64,000 bases of DNA from Octopus vulgaris (GCA_951406725.2 OX597830.1:73408001-73472000), one strand, 5' to 3'; positions 27,274-43,653 are shown, numbered from the stretch's first letter. Notes: generated by a model from the sequence alone, not told the origin. Numbers and translations are program-made.

Positions 27274-27809
27274 ATATGCATGTGGGTGGAAATATGCAAA
27301 ATCTGTTAAATGTGTTAAGTCATGTGTAATTAAACAATTAGACCATTAAATCATTAAATCATTATTCTTACTTCATGCTGAGTTCTAAGCGGCCCACTGG
27401 GGATACTCTGTGGGTCAAAGGCCAGGGGTGATGCGTAAATAGGCTAACATGTGATTTAAAGTAAAATATGTATTTATATAAATACCAGCTGTGTTTGCAG
27501 GTTAACTGTGGAGTCAGCATGTTATCATAAATAGTTTATAATTAGTTAATATTTTCTTAAATTGCTGACAAAATATATGGTCGTTTGTCGTTTGATATTC
27601 GTAAGGTAGGACGACGAAGAGGAGGGTCAAGAAAGACATGGTTCTTGGCCCTCCCAGAGTCAATTGCACATTGGTGCGATACATGTGTATGACGCAAATC
27701 TATGTTTCCAGGAACAAAGAAGTAATAAAACAGAAGATATATCGTCTTGAAGGGAATTTATATATCATTTCAGAGAAGTATTTACCACATGATGTATATA
27801 TGCAGCTAT

Positions 27810-28192
27810 GTGGAGGCGCAATGGCCCAGTGGTTAGGGCAGTGGACTCGCGGTCGTAGGATCGCGGTTTCGATTCCCAGACCGGGCGTTGTGAGTGTTTA
27901 TTGAGCGAAAACACCTAAAGCTCCACGAGGCTCCGGCAGGGGATGGTGGTGATCCCTGCTGTACTCTTTCACCACAACTTTCTCTCACTCTTACTTCCTG
28001 TTTCTGTTGTACCTGTATTTCAAGGGGCCGGCCTTGTCACTCTCTGTGTCACGCTGAATATCCCCGAGAACTACGTTAAGGGTACACGTGTCTGTGGAGT
28101 GCTCAGCCACTTACACGTTAATTTCACGAGCAGGCTGTTCCGTTGATCGGATCAACCGGAACCCCCGTCGTCGGAACCGACGGAGTGCTTCC
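27810..28192 (+). mobile_element. SINE family C, tail type 1, full length
   Basis: A box TGGCCCAGTGG and B box GGTTTCGATTCCC. Near-identical to 34810-35080. Confidence 0.9.
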
Positions 28193-29854
28193 ATCCATAA
28201 CTTACTTTGATGTTGTTGGTTTACTTTATTTTCTCATATAACAGATTTGGTAGATGTTTGTGAATATTAAAGAAAATGTTAAATTATAGTTAGGAAAAAG
28301 TCATTTTTACATACGGAATGGTTATGATTGCTTACGACTTTAAGCAGATTTCTACTTAACCAGGGAAGGTTCGGGGCTAGACAGCCAAAATATTTAGACA
28401 TTTTTAAAAAGCCACTTTTAAATATGTTTATTCTGCTTAACATAGTAAATGCTGGTTCGAAATAAACACGTTTTTCGTTCTTGAGTGTGGAAATATTTGC
28501 TCATTAGTGAAAGGTGGTTATTGCCACATGCATTTCAACAAAAGAAGCAAAGAGAGATTGAGAGAGATGATTTATTAGGAATGGGGATTCTGCGCGTAAT
28601 ACTGTTAGATCAAATGAGAAAAAGCCGTTTTATCGTAGCTGAAAGAGATAACGAAGCAGTGTATGTGTATCATCGATGTTAAAATCCTGTTGGTCAGTAA
28701 ATCTTAACCAATCAAATGAATGGTTTTCTTTCACCTCTGTGATAGTAATATTTGAGGAAATTACAAAAAGAACATAACATTACAAGTTAATGAGGAATTT
28801 CTATATTTGGCCGCTCGCTGCGCTAAAAATAGAACCAAGTTCTCTATCGATCTGCACTCTTCTGTCTTCAAAAAGAATGGCCACATTGCATAATGTGATC
28901 TTGGGTACGCTATGTCAGTAAAAGTACTGCGTAGATACTGTATAGCTGACCACGGCTTTCATCATAGTTCTACATAATCAGGGCAATTCTGTAGCTAAAC
29001 AATGTCAATATCGGGTTCCTTTTGTTTTATAATTATGTTTAAGCATGATTATTCTCTTTAAGAATTACCATACACTTTCAAAGAGGTTTTCTTCAGAATC
29101 TCTACTTTCTCAGTTGCGCAAGTCCTTTCATCTATTTTCTACAGACACGTCTGAGTTGCCGATGTAATGGTGCAGTCGGATGTAAAATCTGTCCTAGGCT
29201 AATAAGATCTGATAACTCTTTATTGTTCACTTTTTCTATGGTGCTTTTGCTGTAGATATTGCCTCAGGCTAAGTGTGCTCTGCATAGATATATAATTCCT
29301 TGTTTTTATTTCAGTTTATTTTTTATCTTATGTGCGAAATTTAATTGTCACCATTACATTGTGGGTGTATTTGAAATTTTAGTGTAACTTATACTCTGGC
29401 GTTCTATTACGTGATTATAAATCTTATAGCGCGTACACAGCTGTAGCTTACTTTGATGTTGTTGTTTCAAATAAAAAAGACTGGAAGAATTTGAGAACAT
29501 TAGGTTTTTGTTTTTTCTTTTTTTCACTGAAATTTTAACAATTCATAATGAAGATTTTAAAACCGCTTTTTTCTTATTTTACTGTAGTATATTATTTACT
29601 GTGTAAAATGAATATCTAAATTTTCGGTTGAAAATTAATGCTTGTTGATAGCTTTCTGTTGATGTTTTGTCAGTTCCTGCTTTGGGGAGTTGAGAAGCAT
29701 GTATAATTCTATAAGTGCATATGTCATGGTGAGGAGATAGTAGCTCAAATCTAGAAATATATATGTATGGTATGTAAGTTTGATTTTCTAGACTAATGTC
29801 TTTTTGCCTTTGTGTGTATGTGAGTATATGTATATGGGGTATATATGTATATAT

Positions 29855-29923
<69 letters not shown>

Positions 29924-30189
29924 TCTGCGCATGTGTATATAAACTATCTATCACATCTGCTCTAAAGCTAGGCGGATGGGTGTCAACGTTTCGCAAAGAA
30001 TCTGTATATATGTATATGTGTGCGTGTGTATGTATATTCACACACGCACACGAACGCTTTGTGTAGTTGCAGTTGCAGATAAGGAGAAAACGTGCTCAGC
30101 ACGGCTAGTTACAGTGATACTGTCAAAAGAGCAGCTGCTGACAAGAGATGAAAGTCGTGTTGCGCAAGCTGAACAGAGAATAATTGTTT

Positions 30190-30453
30190 AAAACTTTTCC
30201 ACAAGATCTGCAGGTTTACAGGGTGGAGTTAGTTGACTACATTGACCCAGTACCTTGACCGCTGGTTTATTTTATTGACCCTGAAAGGATCAAAATTATG
30301 TCTACCTCGGCGATACTTGAACTCAGATTGTAAAGCGCCTAAAAGAAATACGATTAGATGTTTCTGTCAGCTCACCTTCTTTAAAAAGAAAAGATTGGTT
30401 TCAAATTTTGACACTAGACCAACAACATTTAAGGAAGGGGCTAAGACGTGTTT

Positions 30454-30518
<65 letters not shown>

Positions 30519-31410
30519 AGAAGAAGGGGAAGTAAGTTTACTTGGATGAAATTTGGACATAGAGCCGGCAGAAATATTGCTAAGGATTTTGCGCCCACAA
30601 TTCTGCTAACTTGACATTAAATCCTTTCTACTATAGACACGAGGCTTGAAATTTCATGGAGATTGGCAAATCAATTACATCAGGCCCAGTCACCGGCGGA
30701 ATTTGAACGCAAAACTGACGTAAAGATAGATGAGATGCAATTAAGCATTTTATCCTGCGTGCTAACGCTGATGCTAGCTCAATGCCTTATAAAGTAATTT
30801 TTTTCTACTAAAGACACAAGGACTGAAATTTGGTGGGATGGCATAAATCGATTACATTGACTCCAGTGTTTCACTGGTATTTAATTTATCGACTTTGAAA
30901 GGATGAAAGGCAAAGTCGACTTTGGCGAATTTTCAACGCAGTACGCAGCGACGGGCGAAATATCGCTAAGCATTTGGTTCAGCATGCTAACGTTTCTTAT
31001 TTCTTTACTGCCCACAAGGAGCTATACACAGACGGGACAAACAAGGACAGACAAACGGATTAAATCGATTACATCGACCCCAGTGCGTAACTGGTACTTA
31101 TTTAATCGACCCCGAAAGGATGAAAGGCATAGTCGACCTCGGCGGAATTTGAACTCAGAACGTAACGGCAGACGAAATACCGCTAAGTATTTCGCCCGGC
31201 GTACTAATGTTTCTTATTTCTGTATTGCCCACAATGGGCTAAACATAGAGGGTACAAACAAGGACAGACAAACGGATTAAATCGATTACATTGAACCCTG
31301 TGCGTAACTGGTACTTAATTAATCGAAACTGAAAGGAGGAAAGGCAGAGTCGACCTCGGCGGGATTTGAACTTAGAACGTAACGGCGTGCTAACGTTTCT
31401 ACCAGCTTAC
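30190..31410 (-). mobile_element. Cluster of family A SINE copies, all minus strand
   Basis: About six copies of differing divergence. Younger copies at 30995-31410 are nested head-to-tail. Confidence 0.85.
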
Positions 31411-31646
31411 AGCCATAACGTCTTATAGAAAGTAATAAATACGCAAGTATTTCTATCTGCGTCTGTGTGCGTACGTGTATATGTGAATGCGAATAAAACC
31501 ACCAAGAGTTGTATATAATACGCTTGAGATACGTAAAAAAGGCCATAAATTAATTAAAGACGCATGGATTTTAATGAAAATACACCGCTCTCTCTTATAC
31601 ATCGGAGGAGAAAGCCTGTGGCAGATACGCGTGAGCCTGTGTCAAC

Positions 31647-31692
<46 letters not shown>

Positions 31693-31829
31693 ATGCGTGT
31701 GTGTGTGTATGTACGTACGTATGTATATATGTATGTATGTTTGTATGTATGCACGCGTGCGTGTATGTGTTTATGTATTTATATATTACACATGCTAATA
31801 ATAATCATAATCGCAATAATGATAATATA

Positions 31830-32094
<265 letters not shown>

Positions 32095-32457
32095 TGTTCA
32101 TTTATTTATCTATATATACTTGTCATGCTTTCCAGGGACTGTATCAAAATACATATCATGTGACATTGTAAGGCATCTTGACGGATCTTTGTGTGTGTTA
32201 GTGTGTGTTAGTGTTTGCGCGCGAACGTGCATGTTTCCCCCTTTTTTAATTTCAATATATTAAACAAAACACTTCACATGAAACATGGTACGGAGAATAA
32301 AAATACCAGCGCTTTCCATTTTATTTGTGCTCAACCCCTCGATACGTCTTGGCAAAACTTTCATTCATTATATTTAATTCCCTCTTAATTCACTTCTAAA
32401 GAAATCTAAGTTACAGTTTGCGCATGTTCATGTATGCCTGCATAACGTTAAGTTTAT

Positions 32458-32508
<51 letters not shown>

Positions 32509-32625
32509 TGGGGTTTATTATGCGTGTTTCAATATTCATGTCTGCAGGTATGTAAATGTGCTTTCAACGATCAAACATTTTTATTGCATAACTCAAAAAT
32601 ATACACAAAATTAGTAAGAACATAT

Positions 32626-32671
<46 letters not shown>

Positions 32672-32841
32672 ATATACGTACGCACACGCACACATATAAA
32701 CAGAGAGAGAGAGAGAGAGATGGAAAGAGGGGGGAAGGATAGACAACGGCAGACAAACAGACAGATATATTGTTCTGTTGAACATTATATCTGGTATGTC
32801 AACATCTGTCGGTCTCTCTCTCTATCCCTCTCTTTCTCCAC

Positions 32842-32872
<31 letters not shown>

Positions 32873-32933
32873 CATACAGTGACAGAGAGAGAGAGATCCA
32901 CAAGGTTTCGAAAGCACTCGGTACTATAAAGAC

Positions 32934-33301
32934 TTACTCTTTTACTTGTTTCAGTCATTTCAATGCGGCCATGCAGGAGCACCGCCTTTAGTCGAGGATA
33001 TCGACTCCAGAGCTTATTCTTTGTAAGCCTAGTACTTATTCTATCAGTTCCTAAGTTGCGGGGTCGTAAACATACCAGCATCGGTTCTCAAACGATGTTG
33101 GGGGAACAAACACAGACACACAAATATATACACACACATACATATACATAAACATAAATATAGGACGGCTTCTTCCATTTTCCGTCTACCAAATCCACTC
33201 ACAAGGCTTTGGTCGGTCCGAGTCTATAGTAGAAAATACTCGCCCAAGGTGTCACGCAGTGGGACTGGTTGGTAAGCAAGCTATTTACCACACAGCCACT
33301 C
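32934..33301 (-). mobile_element. SINE family B
   Basis: Reverse-complement match with small deletions. Confidence 0.85.
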
Positions 33302-33923
33302 TTAAATGATTTTATATACAGTAATATAAATGGCTTCTGACAGCAACTCAGGTTTCATGCTCAAATGTTCTGGTTAAACTGATGCCGTCCTACTATCAGT
33401 CACCAAACTCTATCGATACATATCACAAAATTTGTTGTGCTAATGTATAAGAAAACTTTAGAAAATATTCTTTCTGTGAGTGAATACAGACATTGTGGCA
33501 AGAACGGTAACTCAGAGTGGTATAATGTAATTTATGCTTCGAGATTGGGAATAATTATAAAAGCAGAAAAATTGTTGAAATCTAAATCTCTATAGCATGT
33601 TTAGGATTTTGGGAAGTCTATTACGAGTTCCATAAATGTTGTATATGCTGTTGCGTGTGAGTGGTTTGGAGGAATTCTGAAAAATTTTGTTAAAACTTAC
33701 AGGAGTGATGGTGTTATTAGACAGGAGTATTGACATCTGCACCATGATGATAGTGTGTAGTCGAGAGTAATCTTTGGGAAGATTGAAAGAAGGAAATAGT
33801 GATAAGCGGAGGATGTCTTCAGCTTGATCCACAGTATATAGCGATGCCTATTTGTTTAATATCTGTGGCAAATTTATATTACATATTGCATAGTAAACTG
33901 TTCTGTCTCAAAGGACAGCATGT

Positions 33924-34209
33924 TTGCTCCTTCTCGAGCTACGTCTGGGTTTCCCGGTTTCCTTGGCGTATAGGTTCCCCACCTGGACGGGACGCCGGTC
34001 CGTCGTAGGTGAGCTGCAAGATGCAGGAGGTAAGAGTGAGAGAAAGTTGTGGCGAAAGAGTCAGCAGAAGTTCGTCATTACTTTCTGCCGGAGCTGCGTG
34101 GAGCTTAGGTGTTTCGCTCATAAACACACCCATCGCCCGGTCTGAGATGTGAACCCACGATTCCTCGACCGCGAGTCCGCTACTCTGACCACTAGGCCAT
34201 ATGCCTCCA
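33924..34209 (-). mobile_element. SINE family C, tail type 2
   Basis: 15-bp TSD CAAAGGACAGCATGT at 33909-33923 and 34210-34224. Confidence 0.92.
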
Positions 34210-34284
34210 CAAAGGACAGCATGTGGGTTATACACACACACGTGTGTGTATGCATGTATGTTTGCATGTATGTATGTATTTTTC

Positions 34285-35080
<796 letters not shown>

Positions 35081-35308
35081 ATCCCATATATATATGTATG
35101 TATATGTACTCTTGTCAATTTAATGGCATGCACAGCTATAGCTATTACATATGTTTTTCTTTGGATGGCTGCCGTCAAAGGAAAGAAACTCTCCAGTTGT
35201 TGGAGTGTACTTTCACGTTCAGTTTCACACTTGCAGCCGCCTCTTCCAAAGAATATCGCTAAAGACATAATGAGAAACATTACTACCCCACCACCACCAA
35301 CGTTGCTG

Positions 35309-35356
<48 letters not shown>

Positions 35357-35660
35357 TTACTACTAGAAGGTGAAACACTGGTCTGGTTCAGGAATTTAGT
35401 ATTCACAATGCCACCTGGAATATAACACCAGCAGTTTCCAGGGAACGGAATTTGGTCGGCTCCACTGATCTTTGTAAAAGAATGATTTATGTTGAATATG
35501 TTAATGATGGCGACGCCATTTAACAATCAAACTGCACTGATTGTATGTAACACTAACATTAATGGTGGTGTTTTCTCTTCTGTCTTTGCGTGCGTCCGTG
35601 TTTTTTTTTTGTGTGTATGTATGTACCTATCTCCATGTGTGCACAGACAAATATGTGCAC

Positions 35661-35744
<84 letters not shown>

Positions 35745-35986
35745 CGTACGTACGTATGTATATATGTATGTTTGTTTGTATGTATGCACGTGTGCGTGTA
35801 TGTGTTTATATATTTATATATTACACATGCTAATAATAATAATAATAATTATTATTATTATTATTAGTAGTAGTAGTAGTAGGTATGTAAGTGAGTGTAC
35901 ATATACATATATTTATACACACATACATACGTACGTATACATGTAATGTGTACATTTACATGGATACACACATATATGCATGTTTT

Positions 35987-36036
<50 letters not shown>

Positions 36037-36041
36037 ACATC

Positions 36042-36084
<43 letters not shown>

Positions 36085-36198
36085 ATATATGCGCCTGCTC
36101 GCTTAGCCAGCGGGGTGGCGTCATTTGAAGGCTAAAACAATGCGAAGCGCATTGTGACCAGCGATGTGTAATAACTTCTGATAGCCTGGTCGGTCACG

Positions 36199-36235
<37 letters not shown>

Positions 36236-36323
36236 AGAGACAAAACTAAGTAAGGTAATGCATAGCCAACTTACGCCACATGAGGTTAAGCCACTACACA
36301 CATTTGTATATAAACACCGTATT

Positions 36324-36397
<74 letters not shown>

Positions 36398-37947
36398 GCT
36401 GCATTTGTGAAGCGTTTAGCATAGGTACATGGTTATCTGAATGCTTATTCCTCCAATGACGGTTTTTGTTTGGGCGCATTAATAGCTGTGCGCTTAAGGA
36501 CTTCGATTTGCAATTGCTTGGTCGCGTGTTCGATGGCATATACCGGCATCTTGGATATACGGCTTCTACCATAGGTTTCGTTTTGCTTTTTAAAAAAAAA
36601 TGTCAAGCAGAAGTTGCAGTTCCCAATGTATTGTGTGTCTGTGGGGGGTATATACAGTTAGATGTATGACTGCTGCTGTTGTGTATAGAGCTCTACGTAG
36701 ATTATTATCATCCAGTCTGCATTCATCATAGTAGTTTGTTTTCTAGTGAATCTAGCATTATTACTAATGGTCACGTGATCACATGCCCGACCGAGCTGTC
36801 AGATATTACTGCACAATGCTGGTCACAATGCACTTTTTGCATTTATTTAACCTTCAAATAGCCCACCATCACCACCACCGCTGGCTATAAGTCCCCAGCC
36901 CTGATCGAGGTGGACTGGAGCAATGTGAAATGAAGTGTTTTGCTGAAGAACACAATGCGCCGCCCAGTCAGGGAATCGAACCCGTGATCTAGCGATCTAA
37001 GCAATTTATTGCAGATAAATTTCAACAAAAAATCTAATGTGGACCCCAGTTGAAAACCATTAACACTTTCGACATTCCTTTACCCTAAACTGTTTATTTA
37101 TTTTTTATTAATCCTGGAAGGGTTTTTTCTACTACATATACAAGGACTTAAATTTTGAGGGACGGGGTTAGTCGACTACTGAGACTCAAGCACTCAACTG
37201 GTACTTATTTTATCGACCCTAAAATAATGAGAGGCCAAGCCGTACTTGGTAACATTTGAACTTTAGCATAAAAAAGCTGAAGAAACACTGCTAAAAATTT
37301 TATAGGGGATGCTAACGATTCTGCCAGCTCGAAATGATAAAAAGATAACTTGTTTTTGATGTCATTCGAACTCAGATCGCAAAGAGTTAGAATAAGCGTT
37401 GGATCCATCGTTTTAATGAATTTGCCAATTTTTTCCCTACTCATAACGCCGACAAGGCGATTAAAAAAAAACACCAAATGTGTATGTGTATTTTGTAATC
37501 GTTGTTGTTTTTTAATCACAATTTGGCGCCTTTATTTAATTCAAAAACCGAGACATTAAGTCTGTCTGAGGATTAGATTAAAGTTGGATGTATTTGTTTA
37601 ATACACATGTACCCTCTTTAGACCTACGCTAAATGCAATGGCTGCATTATAATGTTTACGCGATCTGAGCCAACCCAGTCTCCACAAAACACAAGCCGTA
37701 CTATCTGAGATACAAATCTCTTGATTGTAACCTATTTTCCACTTCGATGTGCCCTCTTCAGACGAACATGAAAACGCAATGGTAGCCAACGTTTCTGCAT
37801 AAGATCGAAGGATGTGTGTGTGTGCGCGCGCACGTGTGCGTGTGTTTATATACATATATTTATGTATGTATGTTTAGGCACGCATATATGTGTATTTATA
37901 TACGTAGATGTATATGTATATATATGTAAATGTGTGTATATATATTC

Positions 37948-37996
<49 letters not shown>

Positions 37997-38229
37997 ATTG
38001 TGTGTGTATATATATATGCATGTGTGTGTCTGTGTGTTCCTGTGCATATGAAACGACATGTTAGCTTGGAAGTCACATCCTTTTCATTACGAATGAAAAT
38101 ATATTAGATACCCCACTGTATGACAGCATGGTACGCCAGTTTCATCTCTGGAAGCTAGTATAAGGGATTAAAGCAAGCCCACCATATGAGAGGGTTCTAA
38201 AGAATTCTTGACGTTAAAGGTATCGGAAT

Positions 38230-38405
38230 GGCCTCACTGGAAGCCCAACCCTTCGAGTTCTATTACAGGGCTTAGAATAAGTGGAGGATCTCTGCAATAA
38301 GTGTGTTAATCTGAGAGGGAAATATGTTGAATAAAATCATAATTAACTGATCTTGTTGCATTTCGTTTTCCCCAAAGCCAGGAACATTCCAGTCCCTTTT
38401 CGGTA
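38230..38405 (+). mobile_element. Mariner transposase 3' end plus terminal repeat remnant
   Basis: Frameshifted ...FYY...NKCVNLRGKYVE* matches the typical mariner C-terminus (WxKCxxxxGxYVE), followed by a TIR-like tail. Confidence 0.5.
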
Positions 38406-38573
38406 TCCCTTGTGGGGTCTGGTGTGAAATGAATCACGTACATAACACCGAACATTCGTTTCATAGTAATATTGACACTTCACTAAATATATTGTGATTC
38501 AGTGAAGGCCAGTTGTAAAGATGGAGTACCTTTAGAGCTTTACGAAAATAAATGAATTCTGTACGTGAATATG

Positions 38574-38647
<74 letters not shown>

Positions 38648-39778
38648 TGTATCATACATAAATATAAGTTACGTAGATATAAGTTAGAAATGTTTAAATC
38701 CTCTAAGGGATGGTTAAGTCCAAAGACGCTCCTGGTGATTACCTGCGTAGGTACAGTCCTTGGTAACATGTATACGGTAGCAAGTGATTCAGCTGGTAAA
38801 CCGTAGTCTAAATTATATGCAAGAAGAATGTAGGGAAAATAACAGGAAGAAGTTAGTCGTTTGCGCTAGTAATTAATTAATGAAGAGAAGTGGTAGTAAT
38901 AGTGCATTTACGATCGTTTCTGTTTACCAGTTGTAGTGGTAGACATCACCAGAATGTATATATATGTATGCATATGGATATACATATACATATACATACA
39001 TACATACATACATACATACATACATACATACATACATACATACATACATACACATTCATATATACTCAAATATGTATATTGTGTGTTTGAAAGTACATAG
39101 GTCAAACACGTGTTCTAATTATATGTTCCAGTTATTTAACCTATTACTCATGTGTGAATCAAATATTATATATATGTATATTTATATATATATAAATATG
39201 ATTTCCTCGTGCTTCTTCATGTGTGCGTTTAAAATCACTTTGACACAAAATCTTAACATAAACGGACAGGGAAATCTACGTAAAGAGAAATAAGTATAAA
39301 AGTCTTTTAATCATTTTATAACATATAAAAAGAAAATATACAAAAATATCGAATCAAACAGCAAAAAATAAACAAAACAACAATATGCATATATATATAT
39401 ATATATATATACATTCATATATATACATACGTATATACTACACATCAAACAGATGCTTTCTTATGCTTAAACACTCGACTTAGGCTACGGTTGAAGAATC
39501 ACAAGACTTATTTGAAACCTTTTCGCCCATTAAACGACTTGAGAAGTTCATTGCTGGAATCGCTGAGGCATTTCTTTCTTGCCGTTTCGGTGTTAACATT
39601 TCGACATCGATATATCTAGGTAAGAACTGTTTTACTTTCTGCTGAAGTCAGATGAAAATGTTCGCCATTGCTGGTTTACTTATTCAACAACTGTTTCCTT
39701 AATCCTAACACTACAGTTTGTATTCCGGCCACCGTTGTTCAAGAGTTGTCGTGACATTACACACACACACACACATAC

Positions 39779-39856
<78 letters not shown>

Positions 39857-40789
39857 GCATTAAGTATATAGTTATAAAAGTAGAGAACAAATTTAGAGTG
39901 GATTACAGACATTTGACATCTACTTCTGGCATATAGGCGTTGGTACTCAAGTGCTCTCAATTATAATTATAATTTTATAATTGTATATTCAAAAAAGAAT
40001 TTTTCCCGATATGGTGGGTTTTTTAATACGCTATTGACTGATATAATGATTATATCCTCAATTTATATATATATATATACATATAAAATACAGTGTGCAT
40101 TTAAACACATTTAAGAGGTTTCCATCATAGGAATCCTTTACGCTAGGAAGAACAGCTAAAATCCAAACCACTAATTAGGGATAAATTCTCGAAAGGAATG
40201 AAAAATAAAAACATTTACCATCTAAATAGATGTATTTTATATAAATAATATATAGTCTCTTGACTAATCTTTCTATACGCTAGGCCACTGGTAGTAAAAA
40301 TTTCTAAAATTTTTATTACCCTGATATTATTAAATATGTATATATATTTAAATATATATGTATGTGTGTGTGTGTGTGTGTGTGTCTGTGTGTGTGTGCG
40401 CGTGTATTTGTATGTATATACGTATATGTATATAAATGTACATATATATTATATCATGTGTGTATGGGGGTGGGATAAGCGGCAGAACTTACAGAATGAC
40501 TCCAGGGCAGAGAGTTTCGTGCCTAGAGAGTAAATGAATACCAGTGCTCGAGACACTCAGCCAATGGGTCACTCTGTAACTTTTGCCGATTAATGATGAT
40601 GATGATATTGATGATGATGATGATGATGATGAAAGCTACTACAAGTTCAAGCGACACAATGAGGTAGGAAGCTAAGGTGCCAGATGTGAAACTATGCAAA
40701 AAGTGTGGGCAAGAGGGAGGCAAGACGGTATGAGCACAAATTGCAGGGAAAGATGGAGTTGGAGACTAGCAAAATCTTCTGGAAATTCA

Positions 40790-40889
40790 GCCTCGGGAAA
40801 ATTTGAACTCAGAACGTCTTTAAGTCAGACGAATTGCCGCTAAGCATTTTTCCCGGCGTGCTAATGATTCTGCAAGCTCGACGCCTTAC

Positions 40890-40950
<61 letters not shown>

Positions 40951-41161
40951 TAATAAAAATAATAATAAATCTTTCTAATGGAAGCACAGGCCTCATATTT
41001 GGGGGAAGAGATTAAGTCGATTATATCGACCCCAAGTGTTCAACTGGTACTTATTTTATCGATCCCGAAAGGATGAAAGGCAAAGTCGACCTCGGCGGAA
41101 TTACAACTCAGAACGTAGCGACAGACGAAATACCGCTAAGCATTGCACGCGATGCTTAATG

Positions 41162-41230
<69 letters not shown>

Positions 41231-41293
41231 ATAATAATACTGCTGCTGCTGTAATACTACTACTACCACCACCACCACCACCACTACTACTAT

Positions 41294-41354
<61 letters not shown>

Positions 41355-41650
41355 CGACAAAAATGAACACATTATGCTGCACACCCCTCAGCAACACGCA
41401 GTTGTAGTAGGTGATGCAGTACTTTCCAATGTCAAATGATAATTACAAGGCTTGTGATTTTGGGACAGAGGAGGAGGGGAGGCTAGTCGATTACATCAAC
41501 CCCCTGTACCCGACTGGTACTTTGTCAATGCGCCACTTATACTTATTTCATCGGCCTCGATGGGATTTGCATTCGTAACGTGAAACCGGAAGAAATGCTA
41601 CTAGGCGTTTGTTGCCCGCCATGCTAACGACTCCCAATGCTCACCGCGCC
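40790..41650 (-). mobile_element. Family A SINE copies interleaved with (AAT)n/(CTA)n
   Basis: Core matches at about 40790-40886, 40970-41150 and 41445-41650. Confidence 0.8.
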
Positions 41651-41658
41651 TCGATCAC

Positions 41659-41737
41659 AATAATAATAATAATAATAATAATATTAATAATAATAATAAT
41701 AATAATAATAATGACAATGAAAATGATAATAATAATG

Positions 41738-41810
<73 letters not shown>

Positions 41811-41817
41811 TATGATG

Positions 41818-41869
<52 letters not shown>

Positions 41870-41926
41870 TGATAATGATAATAATAATAATAATAATAAT
41901 GACAATGATAATAATAATGGTAATAG

Positions 41927-41974
<48 letters not shown>

Positions 41975-42009
41975 TGATGATGATGATGATGATAATGATG
42001 ATAATGATA

Positions 42010-42044
<35 letters not shown>

Positions 42045-42100
42045 AATAATAATAATAATAATAATAATAAAATAATAATAATGTAATGATGATGATGATG

Positions 42101-42157
<57 letters not shown>

Positions 42158-42311
42158 TTGATAATAATGATAATGATAATAATAATAATGATAATGATAA
42201 TGATGATAATGATGATGATGATAATGATGATGATGATGATGATGATGATGATAATAATAATAATAAAATAATAATAATAAAATAATAATAATAAGAGTGA
42301 TGATGATGATG

Positions 42312-42346
<35 letters not shown>

Positions 42347-42370
42347 GAGTAATAATAATAATAATAATAT
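41659..42370. repeat. ~700-bp compound (AAT)/(GAT) microsatellite
   Basis: Direct reading. Confidence 0.95.
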
Positions 42371-42895
42371 CTAAATTAGGCTTGAAACCCAAGCGATTTG
42401 AAGGAGGAGATATCGAGGTTTTGCCAGCCCTGATATTCCCTATGGTGTCAGTACAAGATGCTGAAAGATCTCGAAGAGGGAATGAAACCGATCTTCCATT
42501 CCATGTGGTGGGAACTTGTCAGTGCCTGCATTACCACAATGATAATAGAGACATGTCTGTTGAGTCAGGAGATTTAGTTCGAGCTTCTCTTGTTGTGGGT
42601 GATGTGTGCCGGAAGTTAGATAATGTTGGAATGATGACTTTTGGGAAGCTTGCGTGCATTTCTCTGTGTATGCGAGTATGTATGCGTGTGCGTGTGTGTG
42701 TGTGTGTTCGTGCGAGTGTTATGCGAGTGTGTGTGTGTGTGCGTGAGGCTGGGGGTCGTGTGTGAGAGAGAGACAGGCACACAGGCAGAAACTGCATGTG
42801 TTATGAGAAAGTATATTCATGCTTAAAACATGTAGAAGCATTGCTGTATGCATGTGTATGTATACATATATATGTGTGTGTGTGAGAGAGAGTGA

Positions 42896-42949
<54 letters not shown>

Positions 42950-43128
42950 TTACATAAACAGTATAAATGTATTTTATTTTTATCCATATACTGTCTATAC
43001 ATGCATTTGTGTGTGTGTGTGTGTGTGTACAGGCGCTATATATATATATATATGTAATATGTATATATAATATATATGTATGTATATATATATTGTTGTA
43101 TTTAGGAACGGTCATTTTGCACACACAC

Positions 43129-43161
<33 letters not shown>

Positions 43162-43177
43162 TATATATGTATACACA

Positions 43178-43575
43178 GGCGCAGACATGACTATGTCGTA
43201 AAAAGATTGCTTCCCAACCACATGGTTCTGGGTTCAGTCCCACTGCGTGGCACCTTGGGCAAGTGTCTTTTACTATAACCTCAGGTCGACCAATACCTTG
43301 TGAGTGAGTTTGGTAGACGGAGACTGAAAGAAACCCGTCGCGCGTGTGTGTGCGCGCACGCGCGCGTATTTGTGACTTCGTTTTTCGCCACTCCCACCAT
43401 CGCCTGACAACCGATGCTTGGTGTCTTTTTCGTCGCCGTGACTTAGCGGTGTGGCAGAAGGGAAGGATAGCACGGGCTTACAAAGCATAAATCCTGGGCT
43501 TGATTTCTTCGTCTAAAACTATTTAAGGTGATGCTCCAGCATGGCCGCAGTCAAATGACTGAAACGAGTAAAAGA
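43178..43575 (+). mobile_element. SINE family B, older copy
   Basis: Head GGTTCAGTCCCACTGCGTGGCACCTTGGGCAAGTGTC and tail CTCCAGCATGGCCGCAGTCAAATGACTGAAAC. Confidence 0.88.
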
Positions 43576-43601
43576 AAGAATAAAAAAATAGGGATAAAAT
43601 A

Positions 43602-43653
<52 letters not shown>

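Noticed and set aside
27810-27880. tRNA-like sequences at SINE heads (also 34810, 45166, 46704, 47994, 63111)
   Set aside because: They have A/B boxes but no proper acceptor stem and continue into shared SINE bodies with TSDs, so they are not tRNA genes.
37741-37800. Minus-strand CUGAAGA...GAAG hammerhead-like string
   Set aside because: The second box is GAAG, stem II is poor, and there is no helix III or cleavage triplet.
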